From Octopus vulgaris (lineage: Eukaryota): 64,000 bases of DNA. The stretch is taken from positions 22,444,001-22,508,000 of the forward strand of contig OX597829.1 in assembly GCA_951406725.2 (NCBI GenBank). The letters are read 5' to 3'. Position numbers and translations under genes: made by a program. Under the pieces are notes generated by a model. It was not told where the DNA came from. It searched no databases and saw nothing but the letters and a program-made list of their open reading frames with translations. Shown one piece after another: positions 24,390 to 38,202 of this stretch (the first letter of the stretch is position 1; every line of letters starts with the position of its first letter).

Positions 24390-24745
24390 ATACACTACCT
24401 TTATTTCAGTTAATTTTGAAAATAACTAAGAATTTAGTTAACTAACATTGTAATTATTAAGCTAGTGTTATAGAACATTAATATGGAATTTTAATTTGGA
24501 TCACTTTAAAAGAGGAACTTTGTATCACAGAACAAGGGATGGTCTCAGGTAGGTTGGCATCAGAAAAGTGAAGACAAACACGATGGTAAGATCTGGGAGA
24601 TAAATCATATAAATAGGATATTTCTGCTGAAGAATTTAGTGAAATAACTTGCTCGTTATTATACTCGTGTTTGGAACAAAATTAACATGAAATTTTTATG
24701 GGAAGTTGGATAGAAACAGGGGTGGCCTCAGGTGAAATGGTTTAA
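24390..24745 (-). mobile_element. Two decayed fragments related to the TTAA MITE family
   Basis: AGAATTTAGT..AATAAC and AAGCTAGTGTT..GAACA are reverse complements of the internal sequence of 8026-8245. Confidence 0.5.
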
Positions 24746-24790
24746 AACAAAAAAAAAAACTCAAGAAAACTTGTAATCTTATCAAGTGTG

Positions 24791-24838
<48 letters not shown>

Positions 24839-24930
24839 GCAATATGCATTAACACGTGTGAGTACAGCTCCAAAAGTTTGTATTCATATATTCACAAATA
24901 TGGCTTAAGAATCCTTGCATGTTGTCTATG

Positions 24931-25067
24931 CAGTTGTGGCCAGAAGTTTGGAATATAGGCCTGAAAATTAGAATTTTTATATTAAATAACCTAAGTTATA
25001 TTTGGTTGGAGCATATATTGGACAATTTCAATTTTTAAAAACCGTTCCAAAATTTTGGCTACAACTG
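24931..25067. mobile_element. Tc1-like MITE
   Basis: TIRs CAGTTGTGGCCAGAAGTTTGGAA / TTCCAAAATTTTGGCTACAACTG followed by TA. Confidence 0.75.
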
Positions 25068-25919
25068 TATGTTTGCAAAATTCAACTTTCCAACATTGTT
25101 ATCCGGTGTCTTAGTCCTATAGCAAAACACCACCCAAATTATAACGGAATACAAATGTGAAGATTTGGTCTAAATATAAAACTAGTAAATCTATTAATGA
25201 CTGTTCATAAAATATCTTTGTTGTTAATTTCAGCAATTTTTATGGTCTTCTCAATAACTAACTTTTAAAAGTCGGGGAGCTTCATTGTCTGTCCAAGAAA
25301 AATACACAATATGAACCAAATTTATGTTTCATTTGTGGTAACATTGTTACATCCTCAGCTATTGTGTGTGTGTGTGTCTGTTTGTGTGTGTACGCATATG
25401 TTCAAATAATGTTATTTTAAAGAACTTTTAAATATAACACCTGAAGATTTACAAATAAATGATTTCATATTAAGAGTGAAGTCAAATTTATGATAAAGAT
25501 CCAGTTGACTGGGACTTCACTATGTGTGCACTTGCATGTGTCTGAAATAGGTAAGCACAATGTCATTGTGCTTATCTATTTCAGGTAATAATTCCAATTA
25601 AGAACTAATTTAGACTCTTCAACTTATACCAGTACAAAAATCTGATATAAAGCAACGATGATACACACATATAAATATATATGCAAGTATGTGTATGTTT
25701 ATGTATGTATATATATGTGTATTTGTATGTGTGTGTGTGTATATGTATATATATATATAGAGAGAGAGAGAGAGAAAGAGAAAGAGAGAGAGAGAGAAAG
25801 AGAGAGAGAGAGTGTGTGTATGTCGGATATAGATAAGTGTGTGTGTATGTTTGAATGTTTTTGATTTTCTTGAGTTAAACACTGAAGTGATCAATACAAG
25901 CTCATGAAAAATCTCAAAG

Positions 25920-25959
<40 letters not shown>

Positions 25960-26101
25960 GATAGATATATATATATATAGATAGGCAGAGAGACAGATAG
26001 ACATATATACAAACATACATATATATACACATGTATATATATATATACATATGTATATAAACAGATAGATATACACATACACAAATATATACATATATAT
26101 A

Positions 26102-26133
<32 letters not shown>

Positions 26134-26637
26134 GATAGATAGATATACACATATATACGTACATATACATGCATATAGACACACACACATACTATTTCTC
26201 AACTGTGACCAATACCTCATTGTTAATTTTTTCCCCTCCTTCCCACCATTTTACATGTTTGCTCACCACCTGACTGTGCAGCCAGTCGACTGCTGACTTC
26301 TTCATGCTAAACACACACACACACACACGCACATGCACACACACGTGCACGCACGAACAAGGACGCGCGCGCACATTTTCACACTGCTGTTTAGCAATCC
26401 CTTGGGATTGAGGTTGATTGTCCATCAGATTTAATTCCTGTGGACGCACATGTGACTACACAGGCCAATGTAGTATCTACAAGTCCAGTTGTAGACAAGA
26501 CATTTGTTGTCTCACGGGAGAAAAAAACACATCTTCTTATAATCGCATATTTTTCATTGAGGTATTCAGTTCATGTTGTGTCGATGTATCGGACTCCATT
26601 GTAGACAATGCATTCTCATTTGCATTAATTATTCACC

Positions 26638-27450
26638 TTGAACCTCCTGAGAACCAAGCTAAGCAGCGCTTCCCATGTTTTGAGTTTTTTTTTCCCACAT
26701 TTTGGTCAACGAAGTCTGAATACTACAGTCTCATTGTTTCCATAATTACTAAATATGAAGTGGTTCCTGGTAAGTTAGAATTATGACTATATTCAGAAGA
26801 CAGCTGCTTGAGTATACTCTGAGAGAACAGCTAAGTGTATGCAATAATGGAAACTATCAAATAAATATTCTGATGCAATCAACATTATTATTATTATTAT
26901 TATTATTATCATTGTTATTAAATAATTCAATGTATTTTGAAGTATTTGAAATAGAATCGGGAGATTGTTAAATATTTTAAGTAGTTTCAATATTCTAGAA
27001 AAAACCCACTTTCAAATATAATGCTGCTGACATTAATTGAATTTAAAAGACTGGAGACTTGCTGAAGCTAAGAGTATATGTTCTGATTTTTCTATGGAGA
27101 AGAAAGAAGGAATGTTAGATTTTGATATAGAAATGGTGGTATGTTAAATTAAAACTCAGTGTTGCTATGGTAATAATACTTATGCTGAATACGGAACAAA
27201 TTAATAAAATAGTTGGGTATTTAAATGGAACCCAGAGACAGAAAACCAACTAACTTAAATGAAACACACTTCTAGAATCCACATGGAACACTGTTATTTA
27301 TTTAAATCCAGTTATTTAGTTAAAATCTGCTGATAATATATATTTAAATGGAATCCACATACAGCCCCTCGGTTGTGGATTTAAATAGAACCTAGTAATA
27401 GAATGGTGATTTAGTTAAATAGAACCAGGCATAAAATGGCAATATATTTG
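26638..27450 (-). repeat. Right arm of long-range inverted duplication (partner 7956-9060)
   Basis: Collinear reverse-complement match that includes the internal (AAT)n tract and lacks the 220 bp MITE. Confidence 0.93.
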
Positions 27451-28379
27451 AATACAACCACGACAGCCCTTAAGTAGATCCTTAGTGGTGTATCTAAAAA
27501 AAAACTCAAATATAGAATGGTTGAAAATTCACATGAAAGTAATTTCTACAGGACTGGTATGGCTGGATTCAAATACTATTTTCCATGGAGATAGTATGGC
27601 CAGCAACATCCCAGTATTATCCTGGATTCAAATGACCACAGTATACTGATGTTATTTACGGCTGAATGAATCAGCTGAAAAAGATTTGAACTTGGAGCAT
27701 TGTATAAGGCAGTAAATCCAAGACTAGTATTTCAACCAAAGATTCTTTACAGTTGAATACACAAGAAAATGTGGAACTTTTGAAAAGGACCATTGTGTAA
27801 TTTCTGAAGTGCTTCCATCCTCTTATGCCACAACTGAACTGTCTGAACTAGCAGCCCTGCACATTTTGAATATCTGGGTCAGATCCCAAACCTAGATTTT
27901 TTTTTATGGGGCTGCACCAAAAAAAAAAAAAGTAAAGTATAAGTCAATTAAAGAAAATTAAAGAAATATTTACTATATTTATAGTAATTAGTCCTGGAGT
28001 TGAATTGTTTGACTAAAGGCAGTGCTCTAGCATGGCCACAATCAAAGAACTGAAACAAGTAAAAAAATAAAAGAATATATATATATTCCATTGTATATTC
28101 TTAATATATTTACTTCTCAGGGAAACTAACCCCTAAAATAGTGATGAAATACAAAATAAATTCAGATATTGGGTGAATGAAATAGATAACTTAAGGACCA
28201 GACCAAGGCCTGAAAAAGCACAGCCATCTACCACTTGTGAGTGAATACATCTTTGTAATATGCCCTATGAATATGCTAAATGCTTTTGATGTCTTGACTG
28301 GGCAGAGGCATCATCTGGGCACTCCCATCCTTGACTCAGTGGAACATTGAAGATAACCGATAGAGAGGGGGTCAGAAGG

Positions 28380-28532
28380 CTGCACATGTATTCACCTGGT
28401 ACCTATTCCAACTAGGAGCAAACTAAAACTGAAGTTCCTTGTTCAAGAACACAATGTTCTGACCAATCCTAGAATCAAATCGAAGCACCTTATGATTGTG
28501 ACTCAAACACACTAACCACTAGATCACATGAT
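28380..28532 (-). mobile_element. SINE family D, decayed
   Basis: CCTTGTTCAAGAACACAA...TAACCACTAG is the reverse complement of the CORE-like segment and A box. Confidence 0.55.
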
Positions 28533-28624
28533 TTCGCAGACTAAGGCCTACTGTCAATATATAATTAATGCAAGTCCTCATATAACTACAGTACAATGAC
28601 TGCAGCCAGATAAAATGAAAAATT

Positions 28625-29375
28625 CTTTCAAATTTTGGCACAAGACCAATCAGCTACATTGACCGCAAAACTCAAACCAGTACCTGATTTTATTGACCAT
28701 GAAAAGACAAAGGTCAAAGTTTTGACCTCAGCAGGTAGAGTTGGAAGGGATACTGCAAAGCATTTTGTCAAAGTCATTTATGATTCTACCTGTGCACACC
28801 TTGATAATTTATCTCTATAATAATGGCTCCAAATTTTGATACACAGCCAGCGATTCTAGTAGTGGGGGATGGTGTCAATCAATTACATCAACCAAAGTGT
28901 TTAACTGGTACTTATTTTATCAACCCTGAAAGGATGATGGAAGACAAAGACTTTTAGGCCTTGCGCCTGTAATGGAAACAGTTATATTTCTAGTTCTTTA
29001 CATCCTGAGTTCAAATTCTGCCAGAGTGGGTAATTCAATTACATCAACTCCAATGTTTAATTGGTGCTTATTTTATTGACCCTGAAAGGATGAAAGTCAA
29101 AGCTGATCTCAGTGGAATTTGAACTAAGAACATAAAGATTGGCAGCAATGCCGCTAAGCATTTTGCCTGGTGTGCTGATGATTCTGCTAGCTTGCCACCA
29201 TAATAATAATTCTTTCTGCAAAAGGCACAAGGCCTGAAGTTTTGGAAGAAAGGTCTAGTCGATTACATTAGCGACCCTAAAAGATGAAAGGCAAAGTTGA
29301 CCCTGGCTGAGTTTGAACTCAGAATGCAAAGGTGGACAAAATATTGATAAGCATTTTGTCTGGTATGCTAACAAG
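28625..29375 (-). mobile_element. Cluster of about 4 SINE family B copies/fragments
   Basis: Repeated family B motifs (GGCACAAG, CTGGTACTT, GAAAGGATGAAAG, TTTGAACTCAGAA). Confidence 0.75.
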
Positions 29376-29702
29376 TATTATTATTATTATTATTATGCCA
29401 CCACTGATAACAGTGAGAAGGAAATCACTGATAATGAACAACACAGAAAAAAAATTGATTTATATTTAGAAAGAAATTATATAGATTTATATAGACAGAT
29501 GTTATAGGTTCTTTGAGTCTGGAGTGTGTGTGTGTGTACATGTGTGTACATGAATGTGTATGTGTGTAAACGTGTGTGTGTGTGCTTTCTGACATAAACT
29601 TAGCTATACACTATCAGCCATAAAGTGAGGCAGCATAGCCAACACTGTATGTGTATATGTATGAGCATGTATGTGTGTGTGTGAGAGAAAGTGTATGTAT
29701 GT

Positions 29703-29748
<46 letters not shown>

Positions 29749-30508
29749 AAGGGAGAGAGTGTTTGTTTTCAAGGTAATCACATAATCTATAGTTGATCAC
29801 ATGTCTCTGGTTATATGAAACCTTTAGATCTGAGTTTGAAATATTTGTCACAATACGCATACTTACACATATACATATATTCACAAGCATATACATTACA
29901 ATAGAAATTCACACACACACACACACACACACATGCATGCATATTACCACAGTTAGCTACATAAGCGCACATACATTGCAACACATGCATACATATACAG
30001 TGCAACAGTCAGTCACATACATACATATATTACAAATACATATTCATATATGCATATATATATATATCAGTGATACGTTCACACAGACATATATTAGATC
30101 ATACATTCGTATGCATATGTACACAAACTAGATACACACACCCACACACTACATAGACATACACGGACAATACAAAGCATACGGATATACACACACACAG
30201 TATAATTAGATACTAATAACATACTCTCACACATTGACAGACACATAAATAGATACATTACAAGACAAGCATTCACACACACACACACTATCTCTCTCTC
30301 TCATGCATACACATGCGTATTAGAACACTTACATACACATATACACGACAATTCTACACGCTTACCACATATATGTATAAAGCATGAAGGCAAGCATAAC
30401 AGTGTACATATGTACATGTGTGTGTAGTATATATATATATATGTGTGTAGTATAGATAAACATATACATGTGTATAATATATATATATATATATTGTATA
30501 TTTATATG

Positions 30509-30550
<42 letters not shown>

Positions 30551-30684
30551 TGCTGTACATCACATTGTACTACACACCTATATAATATAAAGAACTGAAG
30601 TATGTATAAAGAACTCTGTGTGACATTTGCACAGAAAAATAAAGAAAAAACACATATATATGTATAAGAAAACTACTACACAAG

Positions 30685-30734
<50 letters not shown>

Positions 30735-30779
30735 ATATATACACAATTCACAAGAAACGCGTTCAGTAAAATACACACA

Positions 30780-30950
30780 CATAATACTTCATATACACAC
30801 ATATACTTCATATACTATATAATACTTCATATACACACATATACTTCATATACTATATAATACTTCATATACTATATAATACTTCATATACACACATATA
30901 CTTCATATACTATATAATACTTCATATACACACATATACTTCATATACAT
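30780..30950. repeat. Minisatellite of alternating ATACTTCATATAC-based subunits (about 38 bp higher-order unit)
   Basis: ATAATACTTCATATACACACATATACTTCATATACTAT repeated about 4 times. Confidence 0.85.
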
Positions 30951-33105
30951 ACACACATGCATTCATTGCAACAACACTTCACACACACACACATGTACAC
31001 TATATCACATATACACATCACGACACACAGAAATACAGTACATAACACACACACACACACACACACCACAACAACAAAATACACACACAATACCTATATG
31101 CACTATATACATCACAATCATCACACAAGACTAAACACATTCATCACAATACCACACACACACACAATGCAGATATCAAACATTTTAATCATTTGGATGT
31201 TTTAGTTTGTTCTGAAGAACGCAAACAATTTTGAATAATTGTTTAAACATTGTCTACATGTAAATATTCTTTAGTTTGTTTCCCCCTAGAGGCTAACAGC
31301 AGCTACCTGATCTGCTGTGTTTAATGAAAGGAATAATTTTCACTGGAATATTCCACCAACAGATTTTTATTAATGTGGAATTATTGCAACACTACAAAAT
31401 AAGAATATGAACAGCAATAACCACAAACAGCCTGCGGTTTTTGAAAAAAAATCTTGTATTCATTTCAACCACACTTTCATTAATATTACATATATCAGAT
31501 GGAAACTGAATGGGAAAAAAAAATCTTCCTTTGGTGAACCTGTAGTGAAAGTTCTAGTATTCTGTACATTACACCATTGTCAAGCTGCCAAATATTTTCA
31601 AGAGTCTAAGCTGTGAGAAACTGAGTGTTATACAAATTGCAGGAGAAGCATGGCCATTCTTAGAAATGAAATGCCATCCTTCCAAGCAGTACCATTACAC
31701 AATGGAGTCTGCATTGCACTGGTTTTTAAGAAGAAACAGAACTGTATTGTTATGAATACATCAAAAGTTCCTGTAAGCTGGAATCACCAGCATGTGAGCC
31801 AAAGATGGAACCTTTTTGCAACAGATAGCAGGATAGCAACCATATCTTCTTCATAACTTCAAAAACATAGAAAAGGAAAAACACAACAAACGCATATACA
31901 AAAGAAACAGGAGAAAGGAAACAGAAAACAGAACAAGATGGTCATGGCAAAAGTACTATTGGTCATAGGTGTACTGTATCTGAGTGTCCCAGGGCTAAAC
32001 AACATTTGCAACCATTATTTTTTATTCAAGGAAGCTCCACTGTTCTTTTGATAGTTGAATGCAGGCTACAATACATAAGTTGGCAAGTCGAAAATATATT
32101 TAATCAATTGAAATTAGAATTGTACTTTAAAAAAGCCACTAGCGTTAAAGACAATTATTCCCCATAATGCAAGGGAGAAAACTGAGACAGGATTTTTTTC
32201 TATGCTTGAATTTTGGATTGGCCAACTACAGCCAAAGTTATTTCATCCAGTCTGTTTTTATATTGTATTCTGTGATGCAGTCTCCAAGAGTAAAAAGGCA
32301 AGCAGCAATAACAGCAATACTATACGCAAATCAATCTGACCTAAGGTTATCACAGCAATAACAACATCAACAACAACAAAGCAAAGAAGGTGCTTTGTAA
32401 AGAGTTACTTGAGCTGCTAGAAATAGCAACCAAATCTCCCTCAAACCACACATTATTGTTATCTTAGAGAAAGAGAGAGAGAGAGATTCCAAAATGTGAC
32501 CCTAAATATACTATATCCAAGTAAATGAACAGCCATGGTTGGAATGGCATTGATAGTTGGTCAGCTTCATAAGAACAATCTTGGGATTAAACAATAACAA
32601 CACTGGCAAAGCAATGATCTCTCTCGTCTCCATGACACAATTGCCAGGACTGGAGATAAACGGCAGAGATAGATTGGAATAATTTTTGTACTATGCAAAG
32701 CAGCAGATTCAATTTGGAAATATGTAAAGAATTTGTGTTGAAAATATGGAATAAGAATAAAAACAAAAAAAGAGGAACAAAAGAAGAAAAGAAAAAAGAA
32801 AAAAATTGCAAAATTAAGGAAAATATATTTTGTGTTTGTGTTTGTTGGAATATTCAAAGATTAATAAAATAATAAACAAGGAAGAAAAGAAAGAAAGAAA
32901 AAAGAACGAAAAGGATGGCATTGGTTAGAACAAGGTGTGTGAGTAGGGGTAGGGGAGTTGGGGGGTGGAGTGGTGGGGGAGAAATTGATGAATCATCTTG
33001 GTTGCAGATATTCACTAGAATTATATCTATATAGATCAGATGCACAAGCATATCTATAAACATATATAAAGAAATACATGCACACGCACACACACATAAA
33101 GATTT

Positions 33106-33154
<49 letters not shown>

Positions 33155-33349
33155 CATGCTATAAAAACATGCTCATACACTATCATAGATATACATATAT
33201 ATCTTTACATAGACACACACACACACACGCTCATTACATACATACATATATATAATACTCACACATACACACACACACACGAAGATCTGTATATACATAC
33301 ACACTATAAAAACATATTTACACACTATCACACTATCATGTATAAATCG

Positions 33350-33403
<54 letters not shown>

Positions 33404-33595
33404 GCACACACACACCCATGCCAGACATGGAAAAATGGACATTAAATGATGATGATGATGATAATGCCGAGACACACAAACATCTATACACACACACACA
33501 AACACACACCCTTTCTCATACAGACCCGTACTAACAGAAATTGAAAACATACACACATAACAGGGATTAGTGAGATGGCGAGTAGTGATAGCTTG

Positions 33596-33626
<31 letters not shown>

Positions 33627-33804
33627 TAGACATACAGACAGAAGGTGGATGTAATAGGAGTATGAATGTCACGTGAGGGAAGGAGGGAGGGAGGGAGGGA
33701 GGACTTCATCAAAACAAGGCAGTTGTAAATAGACAAAATATAATCGTTGAACTGATGAATAATATCATTGTCCAGTGAAACAATATCCACAGGCTATTGT
33801 AATA

Positions 33805-34095
33805 ATGGTTGGTGATGATGGTTGTAATGGTGGTGGTGGTGGTGGTGGTGGTGGTGATGGTGATGATGGTGATGATGCTGCTTCTGATGGTGGAGGTGGT
33901 GGTGGTGGTGGTAGCGGGTGTACGACTGACAATGGTGGTATGATTTTGATGGTAAATAATAACAGTAATTGTGGAATTGATAAGACTGATAGCGGTGATG
34001 GCATAAATGTGATGACGATAACAGAGTTGATGATGACAATGAGGATAGTGATGATGATGAGGTATTAGTTACAATGCTGTTGCCACTGCTGCTGT

Positions 34096-34147
<52 letters not shown>

Positions 34148-34265
34148 AGTGATGGTTATGATGATGGTGGTGTTGGTGGTGGTGGTGGCCATGATAATGG
34201 CAATGACAGTAATGACGACGACGACGATGACAATTCACCCCCACCCCACCCCACCCCACCCGACG
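33805..34265. repeat. (GGT)n/(GAT)n trinucleotide region
   Basis: Direct reading. Yields spurious Gly/His/Pro/Met-rich ORFs. Confidence 0.9.
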
Positions 34266-34380
34266 AACGCTAGTCTTACTCATCATACACATCACCTATC
34301 AACATCATATTAACTCTAACAGAATCGTTATTATAATAATTACAAAAGTTAATCAATGTTATTAATAAGCCACTACCACT

Positions 34381-34412
<32 letters not shown>

Positions 34413-34844
34413 CAACACCACCAAAATACTAACACTACTTACTAACATATACCAACTTCACCCCCCACCACAACCCAACCACCACAAAAAAAAAAAAAAA
34501 AAAAAAAAAATATCAGTTTAAGGTGTATGGCAAATGGCTAACAGTAGCAGAAATCATTGCCAAAATTTATCTAAACAGCATTAGATTTATTATTTAATAA
34601 ATTCCATTCTTCATAACTATGCACCACACACACACACATACACACACACACATATATGTGAAGTTTGGTTTAATCAGGATGCTGGAAATATTGGGTGGTG
34701 TTCCTTATTAAAGTTGGTTTTTGCTCCTGAAGAGAAACAGATGGGTGAAAAGAAATTATTTAAGCATGCAACCGAATGTGCCTTATAAAGCCTAGTTCTA
34801 TCTCATGAAAAATATGCGAAAATGAAACATCCCCCTAATACCAA

Positions 34845-35128
34845 ACACCACTACTGGCACCACCACCACCACCACTGCCGCCATTACCGTAATCTCGCTC
34901 TTGCCATCGCCACCACCGCCATCACTATTACCATTACCACTACCACCACCACCACTACCACTACCATCATCATCATCTCGCCCTTGCCATCGCCGCCACC
35001 ACCGCCAACACCACCACTGCCACCACTACCATCATCTCACCCTTGCCATCGCTACCACACCACCACCACCACCACCATTACCACTACCACCACCACCACC
35101 ATCACTATTACCACTAATACCACCACAT
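34845..35128. repeat. (CAC)n-rich tract with three ATCTC.C.CTTGCCATCGC anchors
   Basis: The anchor motif recurs at about 34892, 34975 and 35034. Confidence 0.75.
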
Positions 35129-35614
35129 GTATATACACACACACACACACATACACTCACCAAATAAAACAAGTATAAGATAAAAAAAAGCAACAATAAC
35201 GACAAACAAACAAACAAACAAACAAGGGAGCAGAATGAAAAAAATAAATTTAAAATAATAATAATAATAATAAAATGAGCAAACACGGAAAAAAACAAAT
35301 AAAATAGAAATGGAATTGGTATGTTATTGAAACAGATGTTAAGTATAAGTTTCAAGAGAGTCAGAGTGGAATCTAATGAGATGCTTCAAGCTGTTTTTCA
35401 AGGAATTACTGAATCTCACGGAAGAGTTTTAATTAAAAATAAAAGAGAATATTTTAGGAATATTAATGAAGATACGATATTCTAGAAATAGTGTTTGTGA
35501 ATATAATATACAAGCATTTTTTTTTTCTTTTCATCCCCCAATTCTTCCCCTAATTTCCATCAATGGACTGTGGTCATGTAAAATAATAATAATAATAATA
35601 ATTTTTTTTTTTTA

Positions 35615-36130
35615 AACTACCCACAAGGGGCTAAACACAGAGAGGACAAACAAGGACAGACAGACAAACGGATTAAGTCGATTACATCGACCCCAGTGCG
35701 TAACTGGTACTTAATTTATCGACCCCGAAAGGATGAAAGGCAAAGTCGACCTCGGCAGAATTTGAACTCAGAACGTAACGGCAGACGAAATACCGCTAAT
35801 GATAATCCTTTCCACTATAGGCACAAGGCCTGAAATTTAGGGAAGGAGAATAATTAATTACATTGACCCCAGTTCACAACTGGTATTTATTTTATTGATC
35901 CCGAAAGGATGAAAGGCAAAGTCAACCTCAGTGGAATTTGAACTTAAATGACTTTAAGATGGACAAAATGCAGCTAAGTATTTTGCTTGGCATGCTAACA
36001 ATTCTGCCAGCTCACCACTTTAAAAATAATAATAATAATAATAATCCTTTCTATTAAAGGCATAAGGCCTGAAATTTTTGGGGAGGGGACTAGTTTTTAC
36101 ATCAGCCCCCAGTGTTTCACTGGTACTTAA
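35615..36130 (-). mobile_element. Three tandem SINE family B copies (two tail types)
   Basis: The first has the CCCACAAGGGGCTAAACAC tail; the next two have the GGCA.AAGGCCTGAAATTT tail. Confidence 0.87.
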
Positions 36131-36334
36131 TTTCTCATATTCAAACAACTTTGATCTCCTTCCAATGTAACATTCTAAAATTTTTCTCAAAGACTTCTAG
36201 ATATTCCTAGCAGTGATATTCACCAAATTCACAATATTTATGCACTTCACACTGCTTTTTTTCCCCCATGAATTCTGTAGGATATTGTAAGACTGTGTAA
36301 TTTTATTACTAAATTCAATACTGAACACCATGTA

Positions 36335-36625
36335 GTCCTGGGTTCAATCCCACTCCATGGTACCTTGTGCAAGTAGCTTCTATTATAACTCAAAGCTAAT
36401 CGAAAACTTGTGAGTGGATTTCAGAAACTGAAAGTCCATTATGTCTGTGTGTCTGTGTGTACTTGTTTTCATATCACGTGATGATTATAAACATGCATCA
36501 TTGTTATACAAGTGATGATGTTTGTTTCCTGTCTACCAAGAAAAACATGTCTGGCCAAAAGGGAAATATAACTTTGCTTAGAAACAGGTGAGGGTTAGTG
36601 ACAGAAAGGGCATCTGGCCATATAA
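36335..36625 (+). mobile_element. SINE with family A head and a different 3' half
   Basis: GGGTTCAATCCC..GGTACCTTGTGCAAGT head, then a divergent body ending GTGACAGAAAGGGCATCTGGCCATATAAAA. Confidence 0.6.
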
Positions 36626-36659
36626 AAAAAAATCTTTAATCATTATAAAACACAAAAAA

Positions 36660-36870
36660 ACGGTGTGCTGACAAAATCATTAGCGTGCTGGACAAAATGC
36701 TTAGCAGTATTTCGCCTGTTGTTACATGCTGATTTCAAATTCCACTGAGGTTGACTTTGCCTTTCATTGTTTTGGGGTTGATTAAATAAGTACCCAGTTA
36801 CGCACTGGGATCGACACAATCGACTTAATCCCTTCCACCAAGCTGCCCTTGTGGCAAAAATTTGGAATCA
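36660..36870 (+). mobile_element. SINE family B
   Basis: Head, B box and central GAGGTTGACTTTGCCTTTCAT motif. Confidence 0.8.
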
Positions 36871-36909
36871 TTATAAAACGCCAATAGATTAACCATTTTA
36901 TCTCTAACC

Positions 36910-37300
36910 TTTTACTTGTTTCAGGCATTGGGCTATGGCCATACTGGAGCACCACTCTGAAAGGTTTTTAGTTGAATGAATAAATCAGTCCCAGTACTTA
37001 TGTTATTTTTCTTTTTTTTTGCTTTGTTTTTTTTTTTTTTATATTCTATCAGTCAGTTTTGCTGAACTGCTAAGTTATGAGGATATAAACAAACCAACAC
37101 TGGTTGTTAAGTGGTGGGACACATATACACAAACACACACATGATGAGTTTCTTTCAATCTCCCCTCAACGAAATCCACTCAGAAGCCATTGGTCAGCCC
37201 TGGGATACATTAGAATATACTTGTACAATGTACCACACAGTGTGACTGAACCCAAAATGATGTGGTTGGAAAGCAGACCTCTTACCACACAGCCACACCT
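36910..37300 (-). mobile_element. SINE family A
   Basis: Reverse-complement tail TTTTACTTGTTTCAG and head CTTACCACACAGCCACACCTG. Confidence 0.82.
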
Positions 37301-37479
37301 GTTTTCCAATCAAGAAATTTTTGTACCTATTACACACAGTTAATAAGCATGTGTTAGTGCTTTTCTGTTTTGATAACGTATGCTAGTTGTTAACAAGTGT
37401 CACAGGCTTTCGTTTTTACTTTAAGATTTCAAATTAGTAAATATGTATAATTAGTTAAATCAGATTAGTGGAACTGTGC

Positions 37480-37860
37480 TTGAGAAGAACCATGAAGCCA
37501 AGTGAAATTGTAGTTGTGGCCAGTGCTACTGATGTTTACCTGGCACCTGTGCCGGAGGTATGCCCTCAAGGAGGCAGTGACAAGTGACTGAGACCTTTGG
37601 CAATATACTGTGCTTGAGAAGACCTATCAAGCCAATTGAGATCATAGTTGTGGTCGATGCTGATGTTTTGTAACTGGCACCTGTGCCAGTGGTATGTAAA
37701 AAGCACCCACTACACTCTTGGAGTGGTTGGCTTTAGGAAGGGCATCCATCAGTAGAAACCATGCCAAACCAGATGGAACCTTGTACAGCTCCCCAGCCTA
37801 CCAGTTTTCAGTCAAACTGTCCAACCCATGGAAAATAGATGTTAAATGATGATGATGATC
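37480..37860 (+). mobile_element. Retroposon family C with internal duplication
   Basis: CTGTGCTTGAGAAGA..AAGCCAA..CTGGCACCTGTGCC occurs twice, then GAGTGGTTGGCTTTAGGAAGGGCATCC...GTTAAATGATGATG. Confidence 0.75.
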
Positions 37861-38202
37861 ATCATATATATATATAGTTCAAATTTACAGAAACACAAAA
37901 TGAAACAAAAAAAAGACAGGTGAAAGGAAAAATTCAAACAGGTGTATCAGACAGTTTTTGGTTTGATGAACACAGGAAGAATGGAAAAATTTCAAGCAAA
38001 GACAGGTGAAAGAAAAACAAACAGGTGTATTGGTTTGACACACAGGAAGAATGAAAATTTCAAGCCTACCTCTTTGACAGAATGGGGTGAGAGGAAAAAT
38101 GGAGAGAGAAAAAAATGTGTGGGGATTTATAGTTTAGCATAATGAAACTATATACATATATATATATCACTTGAAGAATTTAGAAGAATGTCATTCCTTT
38201 AA

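Noticed and set aside
26418-26786. 122 aa non-repetitive ORF overlapping the right arm
   Set aside because: Non-ATG start, no recognisable domain, and homology to the left arm covers only part of it.
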